A stretch of 55,913 bases of DNA from positions 1 through 55,913 of the IMG/VR virus record IMGVR_UViG_3300020045_004009; one strand, 5' to 3'. Below the pieces are notes generated by a model, which saw nothing but the letters and a program-made list of their open reading frames with translations, made no database searches and had not been told where the DNA came from. Both the position numbers and the translations under genes were made by a program. The stretch's first letter is position 1. Each line of letters starts with the position of its first letter. This DNA is from a virus. Taxonomy: Duplodnaviria; Caudoviricetes. Positions 50,501 through 55,913 of this stretch are shown one piece after another.

Positions 50501-51577
50501 GATTCAGGGGCATTGTCATATGCTTTGAAAATTGTTATTAATATTGTGTATGGATTAACCTCGGCAAAATTCGAAAACAAATTCAAAGATCCACGCAATA
50601 AAGATAACATTGTGGCTAAGCGTGGCGCGCTATTTATGATTGATTTGAAACATGCTGTGCAAGACCAGGGGTTTACCGTTGCTCATATAAAGACCGACTC
50701 TATTAAAATACCAGGAGCTACTCCTGAGATGATTGAGTTTGTGCATGAGTTTGGTAAAAGATATGGGTATACTTTTGAGCATGAAGCCACATATTCAAAA
50801 TTCTGCTTAGTGAACGATGCTGTGTATATTGCACAATATGATGATAAAGGTATTCGTTCAAAAGGTGGAAAAATGGCAAATGAATGGACGGCCACTGGCA
50901 CACAGTTTGCACAATCCTATGTATTCAAAACTTTATTCTCACATGAGCCGATTGGGTTTAATGATCTGTATGAGACTAAGACCGTTACTTCGGCCTTATA
51001 TCTTGATATGAATGAAGGGTTGCCAGATGTTGAAATCTATGAGGAAGTACTCGCTGAACGGATAAAACATGATGACATGGTGAGTCATAAGAAATGGCAT
51101 CAAGAATTTAGTGCTGTTCCAAACAATGAGTTAACTGACCGAATTACAGAAGGGCATGATTACCATTTTGTAGGTAAAGCTGGAGCATTCTGCCCAATCA
51201 AACCTGGATGTGGTGGAGGAATACTACTTCGAGAAAAAGATGGTAAGTATTATGCGGCAACTGGCTCAAAAGGATATCGTTGGTTAGAAGCTGAGATGGT
51301 TAAACATTTAAATCGTGAGAATGACATTGATCGTACTTACTATGATGGGCTGGTCGACGCTGCTATTAAGAACATTTCTGAATATGGAGATTTCAACTGG
51401 TTCATTTCTAACGAGTTACAGCAACCCCAATATGAAGATGTTATAGGATTTGATGATGCTCCACCTTGGTACACGCCGTGTGGAAAAGATGAAGAGTGTA
51501 CCGAATGTCAGAATTATATACCGGACAAAGATAAACCGAGATGTAAACAAGGATATGATGTTTCAGTCCCATTTTGA
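47501..51577 (+). CDS. Fused SF3 helicase - primase (AEP-like) - 3'-5' exonuclease - family B-like DNA polymerase
   Basis: GTG 47501 after GAAAGGAGG; GDAGSGKST; IDFD..SKSGEGVHLHY; FYDVE, GYNNRRYD, YCANDV; DVESMHP, KIVINIVYG, KTDS. Confidence 0.88.
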   Translation: MDFYKITESEDTKGRGETKKSTLKIWPDFQVCRSKDLMIRGRSFYAIWDEEKQTWSTDEYDVQRLVDQELSEYVKARRKTYVGDIDVKYMLMSSSNIWKNYRAFVKEISDNAHQLDNDIVFSNTEVKKNDYVSRRLPYPLEEGSIGAYDELISTLYEPDERVKLEWAIGAIVNGDAKNIQKFIVLYGDAGSGKSTFLNIVLKLFDGYYTTFEAKALTSANNLFSTEAFRNNPLVAVQHDGDLSRIEDNTKLNSIISHEEMTMNEKHKPSYTARSNAFLFMGTNKPVKITDAKSGIIRRLIDVRPTGLKVPNKRYHILMSQIEFELGAIAWHCLRVYQSMGKNYYSNYRPVEMMYQTDVFFNFIESNFHIFKEQDGVSLSQAYEIYKTYCDEALVDFKLPRHKFREELKSYFEHFDDMTRIDGKQIRSYYSGFLTSKFTVHEKNKEDPPYSLVLDETNSILDDKLADCLAQYATVEEKPEKKWADVKTKLSDINTREIHYVQPPLEHIVIDFDLKDDSGNKSMELNLSAASKWPPTYAEFSKSGEGVHLHYIYDGDVKKLNPLYAENIEVKVFTGNSALRRKLTRCNNSPIASINSGLPLKGEKMINFDAVQSEKGLRDLIIRNLKKEIHPGTKPSIDFIFKILDDAYKSGMKYDVVDLRPKILAFANNSSHQADACIKIVCKMQFASDEPSTVSDSPEEYQSDELIFYDVEVFPNLFVIVWKAENKSPVKMINPSAKDVEMLLKFKLIGYNNRRYDNHIMYARYIGYDNYQLYQLSQKIVGESRNCLFGEAYNLSYTDVYDFSSKKQSLKKFQIELGIHHQELGLPWDKPVPKELWGKVADYCANDVISLQAVFEDRKQDFIARLILADLSKLTPNDTTQMHTAKIIFGDDKRPRDKFIYTDLSKDFPGYVFDGGKSTYRGEEVGEGGKVDAEPGMYTNTPVLDVESMHPTSLVEMNMFGPYTQKFKELLDARLAIKHKDYDAARKMLGGILSNYLTNDGDSGALSYALKIVINIVYGLTSAKFENKFKDPRNKDNIVAKRGALFMIDLKHAVQDQGFTVAHIKTDSIKIPGATPEMIEFVHEFGKRYGYTFEHEATYSKFCLVNDAVYIAQYDDKGIRSKGGKMANEWTATGTQFAQSYVFKTLFSHEPIGFNDLYETKTVTSALYLDMNEGLPDVEIYEEVLAERIKHDDMVSHKKWHQEFSAVPNNELTDRITEGHDYHFVGKAGAFCPIKPGCGGGILLREKDGKYYAATGSKGYRWLEAEMVKHLNRENDIDRTYYDGLVDAAIKNISEYGDFNWFISNELQQPQYEDVIGFDDAPPWYTPCGKDEECTECQNYIPDKDKPRCKQGYDVSVPF

Positions 51578-51591
51578 AAGGAGAAATAACA

Positions 51592-52089
51592 ATGGTTAAG
51601 AGCACAATTTCAGTCGAGGACGCAAGAATTGGTTTTAGGAACTTTAGTGGAAAACCTGGTAAGTATAATAATGAAGGACGTAGAAATTTCTGCGTCTTCC
51701 TCGATCACGAGAAGGCTAAACTCTTAGAGGAAGATGGTTGGAATGTTCGCTGGCTCCAGCCTCGGGATGATCAAGAAGCAGAGCAAGGATATCTGCAAGT
51801 CTCGCTTAGTTTTGATAAGATCCCACCAAAGATTGTTATGATTACTAGTCGTGGAAAAACTAACATTACAGAAGAAACTATATCTAGTTTAGATTGGGCA
51901 GAAATTAAAGAGTTAGATATAATAATCCGTCCATACAATTGGGTGCTCCAAGAAGGTACAAAGAATGAGAAGCGTGGTGTAAAAGCTTACGTTAAGTCTA
52001 TGTATATTACAATTGCCGAAGATGAGTTTGAAGCTAAATATTTTGATGTGCCAACGGAAGGAATTAGAGAAGAACCAGATGGCGATTAG
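51592..52089 (+). CDS. Single-stranded DNA-binding protein (phage type)
   Basis: FRNFSG...RNF, IIRPYNW, VKAY; acidic tail; follows the polymerase. Confidence 0.65.
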   Translation: MVKSTISVEDARIGFRNFSGKPGKYNNEGRRNFCVFLDHEKAKLLEEDGWNVRWLQPRDDQEAEQGYLQVSLSFDKIPPKIVMITSRGKTNITEETISSLDWAEIKELDIIIRPYNWVLQEGTKNEKRGVKAYVKSMYITIAEDEFEAKYFDVPTEGIREEPDGD

Positions 52090-53302
52090 TTTATACAACC
52101 ATCAATTAGATGCTGTAAACAAATTAAAAACCGGCTCCATTCTTGTGGGTGGGGTCGGTTCCGGTAAATCTAGGACTGCGCTCGCGTACTATTTTACAAA
52201 AGAATGTGATGGTAAAATCAAGACCAATGATGCGGGCGGATATTCTCCAATGAAGAAGCCTAAAGATTTATATATTATAACTACAGCTCGCAAAAGAGAC
52301 ACATTAGAATGGGACCAAGAATGTATTCCTTTTCTATTGTCAACAAAAAAAGAGCTATGTGTTGCTAGTGTGTCCGTCGTTATTGATTCATGGAATAATA
52401 TTCATAAGTACTCGCATATTAAAAATTCTTTTGTAATATTTGATGAGCAGCGTCTTGTTGGTAATGGCACATGGGTAAAATCCTTTTTAAAAATAGCCAA
52501 AAATAATAATTGGATTTTACTTAGCGCCACTCCAGGAGATACGTGGTCGGACTATGTTCCAGTGTTTATAGCTAATGGATTTTATAAAAATAGAACAGAG
52601 TTCTTTCGGCAACACGTAGTATATAATAACTTTTCAAAGTTTCCGAAAATTGATCATTATGTAGAAATAGGTAAATTGATTAAACTTCGCGATTCTGTGA
52701 TCACCACAATGCGATATAATAAACGAACAGTCTCGCATGATAAAACCATTAACGTGGAGTTTGATAAAGAGTTGATGGATCTTGTTGTAGCTAAACGTTG
52801 GCATGTATATGAGGACCGCCCAATAAAAGATGTTGGTGAATTATGTTATGTTATGCGGAAAGTTGCGAATAGCGATCCTAGTCGCCCAAAAGCAATAGAA
52901 GACTTAATTATTAAACATCCAAAAGTAATAATCTTTTATAGTTTTAATTATGAGCGCGATATCTTATTAGCGATGGGAGAGAGGTTAGAAATACCAATAA
53001 CACAATGGAATGGTCATAAACATGAGGAAATACCAAAGACTGATTCGTGGATCTATATAGTCCAATATGCGGCAGGTGCTGAAGGATGGAATTGTATAGA
53101 AACAAATGCTATTATATTTTTCTCACAGAATTATTCATATAAAGCAACAATACAAGCTGCTGGGCGAATAGATCGTATTAACACGTCCTATACCGATTTG
53201 TTTTATTACTATCTTAGATCGACATCATATATAGATCTTGCTATTCAAAAAGCATTTAATAGTAAAAAAGATTTTAATGAGTGTCGATTTATGAGCGTTT
53301 AA
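52079..53302 (+). CDS. SF2 helicase
   Basis: GGVGSGKS, IFDEQ, LSATP, GAEGWN, QAAGRIDR. Confidence 0.88.
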   Translation: MAISLYNHQLDAVNKLKTGSILVGGVGSGKSRTALAYYFTKECDGKIKTNDAGGYSPMKKPKDLYIITTARKRDTLEWDQECIPFLLSTKKELCVASVSVVIDSWNNIHKYSHIKNSFVIFDEQRLVGNGTWVKSFLKIAKNNNWILLSATPGDTWSDYVPVFIANGFYKNRTEFFRQHVVYNNFSKFPKIDHYVEIGKLIKLRDSVITTMRYNKRTVSHDKTINVEFDKELMDLVVAKRWHVYEDRPIKDVGELCYVMRKVANSDPSRPKAIEDLIIKHPKVIIFYSFNYERDILLAMGERLEIPITQWNGHKHEEIPKTDSWIYIVQYAAGAEGWNCIETNAIIFFSQNYSYKATIQAAGRIDRINTSYTDLFYYYLRSTSYIDLAIQKAFNSKKDFNECRFMSV

Positions 53303-53388
53303 GGTAACTCGCAGAAAAAACATAGACTCTAATAGAAGAGAAGGAAATACGTCTCTTTTATTTTGTGTCTAAAAGGAGGCGTGCTCAC

Positions 53389-53700
53389 ATGAGAGAAAAT
53401 AATTTTCAGGCTAATTTAATTCTAGCGTTAAAAGAATTATTTCCTAACTGTATTATCCTTAAAAATGATGCTAACTATATTCAAGGATTTCCTGATTTAA
53501 CAATTCTCTATAAAAATATGTGGGCCGTCTTAGAATGTAAGAAAAGTTTAAAAGAACCATATCGGCCAAACCAAGAATATTATATTGAGGAGTTAGACGA
53601 TATGTCTTTTGCATCTATGATTTGCCCAGAAAATAAAGAGGCGGTATTATATGAACTTCAACAAACATTTTCGACTCGAAGGGCAACACGCCTTTCTTAG
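53389..53700 (+). CDS. VRR-NUC / Holliday junction resolvase-like nuclease
   Basis: QGFPDL...LECK...RPNQ PD-(D/E)XK motif. Confidence 0.75.
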   Translation: MRENNFQANLILALKELFPNCIILKNDANYIQGFPDLTILYKNMWAVLECKKSLKEPYRPNQEYYIEELDDMSFASMICPENKEAVLYELQQTFSTRRATRLS

Positions 53701-54205
53701 TGCTAGCAAATATCATTGGATTAACTATGATGAAGAAAAACTCGTCTCAACCTATACCAAATTTAAAGCAACACAAAGAGGCACGGAGCTTCATGAATTT
53801 GCGTCAAGGTGTATTGACCTTGGTATCAAACTACCAAAGAGTAACAAAACATTAAACTTATATGTTAATGATGCCATTGGTTTTAAAATGGAGACTGAGC
53901 AAATTTTATATTACTCAGATAATTGTTTTGGAACTGTGGACACTATTTGTTTTCGTAAAAATATGTTAAGAATTCATGATTATAAAAGTGGCGAAACACC
54001 TGCTTCTATTAAACAATTATTAGTCTATACTGCTTTATTTTGTTTGGAGTATAATATTAAACCAACCGATATTGAGACCGAGCTTCGCTTATATCAATCT
54101 GATGAAGTCATTATACATATTCCAGAACAAGAAGCGATTTTTAATATTATGGATAAAATTGTAAGCTTTGATAAAAGGATTGATGAACTAAAAATTGGAG
54201 GATAA
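53651..54205 (+). CDS. PD-(D/E)XK (Cas4-like) exonuclease
   Basis: HAFLSAS, GTELH, FGTVD, IHDYKSG, QL..Y. Confidence 0.75.
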   Translation: MNFNKHFRLEGQHAFLSASKYHWINYDEEKLVSTYTKFKATQRGTELHEFASRCIDLGIKLPKSNKTLNLYVNDAIGFKMETEQILYYSDNCFGTVDTICFRKNMLRIHDYKSGETPASIKQLLVYTALFCLEYNIKPTDIETELRLYQSDEVIIHIPEQEAIFNIMDKIVSFDKRIDELKIGG

Positions 54206-54209
54206 TATC

Positions 54210-55913
54210 GTGAATGACGAGTTAAAACACTATGGTATGCCACGCCGTTCCGGGAGATATCCTTGGGGCAGTGGACAAGACTCCTACCAAAGGGCTATTA
54301 GTTTTCGCGGTCATATTCAAAATCTTCGTAAAGAAGGTTTGTCATACACACAAATCGCCGAGCGAGAAGGTATTAAAACTCAACAACTTCGAGCCAGAAT
54401 ATCATTAGCTAAGAATGAACAGAAAAGTACTGACTCAGCCAATGTAATTAAACTTAAAGATAAGGGTTTATCAAATATGGCAATTAGTCGCCAGACTGGT
54501 ATACCAGAGCCGACTGTTAGATCGTATTTAGATCCCATTATCGCTGAGCGAAATTCTATAAATAGAGCCACTGTTAACATGTTAAAAGAAAATGTTGAAA
54601 AGCATAGATATGTTGATATTGGAGCTGGAATAGAAAATCATTTAGGAGTTAGCCGAACAAAACTTAATACCGCTCTTGTCGAACTTGAAGAAGAAGGCTA
54701 TAAGTTACACACTGTAAGAGTCACACAAGTTGGTATCCCTGGTCAATTTACAATTATGAAAGCTTTAGGCGCGCCTGATACTGAGTGGAAAGAACTTCGC
54801 GATAATCCTGATTTAATGAAAAACATCTATTCAAAAACTGAAGATTATGGGAGAACCTTTACTTCTGATTTTGGGTTAAAACCTATTCAATATGTCGACT
54901 CAAAACGTATTAAGATTCGATATGCCGAAGATGGTGGTAGAGACAAAGACGGAGTAATCGAGCTTCGTCGTGGAGCTGAGGATTTAAATCTTGGTGCGAA
55001 ACCTTATGCGCAAGTTCGTATTGGTGTTGATGGCAGCCACTTCTTAAAAGGTATGGCAATTTATAGCGATTCGCTTCCAGATGGTGTGGATATAATGTTT
55101 AATACTAATAAGAGTAATACCGTGTCAAAGTTAGATGCTATGAAGAAGCTAAAGCGAGATGCTGATGGAAACGTTGATAAAGATAATCCCTTTGGCGCAA
55201 CTATTAAAAGAGAAGAAGATGCAGAAGGGCATTCTATTTCAATTCAGAGAGGCGCAATTAATGTTGTAAATGAGGGCGGTGATTGGGATAAATGGTCAAA
55301 AGCTATTTCGTCTCAAGTCCTTTCAAAACAAACTCCTGTACTTGCGAAGAAACAATTAGATTTATCTTTAAAAATTAAACAGGAAGAGTATGATGAAATA
55401 ATGGCATACACAAATCCTGTAGTTAAGAAACAATTACTTCTAAGTTTTGCCGATGATTGTGATTCTTCTTCCGTTCATCTAAAAGCCGCTGCCCTACCAA
55501 GACAAGCTTCAAAAGTTATTCTTCCAATTCCAGAATTAAAAGAGACTGAAGTTTATGCACCAACCTATAATGATGGCGAAATGGTTGTTCTTATACGACA
55601 TCCTCATGGCGGAAGATTTGAGATTCCAGAACTAAGAGTTAATAATAAATCAAAAGCTGCAAGAAGTGTTATGGGAAATGCCGAAGATGCTATTGGTATT
55701 CATCCTAAAGTTGCTCAAAAATTATCAGGAGCAGATTTTGATGGCGATACAGTTATAGTTATTCCTAATAATCATGGGTTTATTAAAACTGCGCCTAATT
55801 TAAAAGCTCTTGAAAAATTTGATCCAGTCGAGGCGTTTAAACCATATGATGGCATGAAGACGATCGATGGAGGTATTTATAACGCCAAAACAAAAGAAGT
55901 AGAGCTCATCAAT
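54210..55913 (+). CDS. Single-subunit double-psi-beta-barrel RNA polymerase (YonO-like), truncated by the window end
   Basis: GTG 54210 after GGAGG; open to the end; LKHYG..RRSGRYPWG N-terminus, two HTH-like segments, IRHPHG, in-frame LSGADFDGDTV (DFDGD at 55734-55748). Confidence 0.8.
   Translation, partial: MNDELKHYGMPRRSGRYPWGSGQDSYQRAISFRGHIQNLRKEGLSYTQIAEREGIKTQQLRARISLAKNEQKSTDSANVIKLKDKGLSNMAISRQTGIPEPTVRSYLDPIIAERNSINRATVNMLKENVEKHRYVDIGAGIENHLGVSRTKLNTALVELEEEGYKLHTVRVTQVGIPGQFTIMKALGAPDTEWKELRDNPDLMKNIYSKTEDYGRTFTSDFGLKPIQYVDSKRIKIRYAEDGGRDKDGVIELRRGAEDLNLGAKPYAQVRIGVDGSHFLKGMAIYSDSLPDGVDIMFNTNKSNTVSKLDAMKKLKRDADGNVDKDNPFGATIKREEDAEGHSISIQRGAINVVNEGGDWDKWSKAISSQVLSKQTPVLAKKQLDLSLKIKQEEYDEIMAYTNPVVKKQLLLSFADDCDSSSVHLKAAALPRQASKVILPIPELKETEVYAPTYNDGEMVVLIRHPHGGRFEIPELRVNNKSKAARSVMGNAEDAIGIHPKVAQKLSGADFDGDTVIVIPNNHGFIKTAPNLKALEKFDPVEAFKPYDGMKTIDGGIYNAKTKEVELIN

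Larger units (their letters stand above)
29564..53337 (+). promoter_or_regulatory. Dispersed promoter-like motif TCGC-N7-ACA-N4-CT(A/C)TAAT-RRA, about 17 copies
   Basis: Copies start at 29564, 30149, 30374, 30657, 30976, 31593, 32172, 32421, 32582, 32695, 32822 (degenerate), 34526, 34735, 38510, 39727, 41830 (TCGT), 53309; all on + and upstream of an ORF or structured RNA. Confidence 0.85.

Noticed and set aside
1-55913. Prophage / temperate lifestyle, or a diversity-generating retroelement
   Set aside because: No integrase, repressor module, host flanks, reverse transcriptase or TR/VR pair seen; the genome is incomplete, so absence is not proven

Overview
Most of a ~56 kb, AT-rich tailed-phage (siphovirus-type) genome with essentially all genes on the + strand. 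Strong AAAGGAGG-type RBSs and a SleB-like hydrolase suggest a Bacillota (Clostridia-like) host, which is an inference. Gene order: packaging/head (terminase, portal, protease-capsid fusion), tail (MTP, chaperones, tape measure, Dit, gp37-like, baseplate), an inserted radical SAM / Cys-rich repeat protein / radical SAM cluster, tail enzymes (beta-helix, M14 peptidase), lysis (holins, S8 protease, M15 endolysin), an early region, a putative origin, a helicase-primase-polymerase fusion, SSB, SF2 helicase, two nucleases, and a truncated single-subunit DFDGD-type RNA polymerase that the ORF track omits. The early region is built from cassettes driven by about 17 copies of one promoter-like motif (TCGC-N7-ACA-N4-CT[A/C]TAAT). 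Top observations: (1) a RiPP-like double-rSAM system with a 38-Cys CxCxxR-repeat substrate inside the tail module; (2) stand-alone, promoter-driven, anticodon-less tRNA-like small RNAs; (3) a phage RNAP carrying the same N-terminal LxH(F/Y)G tag as three head-region proteins, suggesting a packaged RNAP plus its promoter regulon. No integrase, CRISPR array or canonical tRNA was seen. All calls are by eye; no searches were run.
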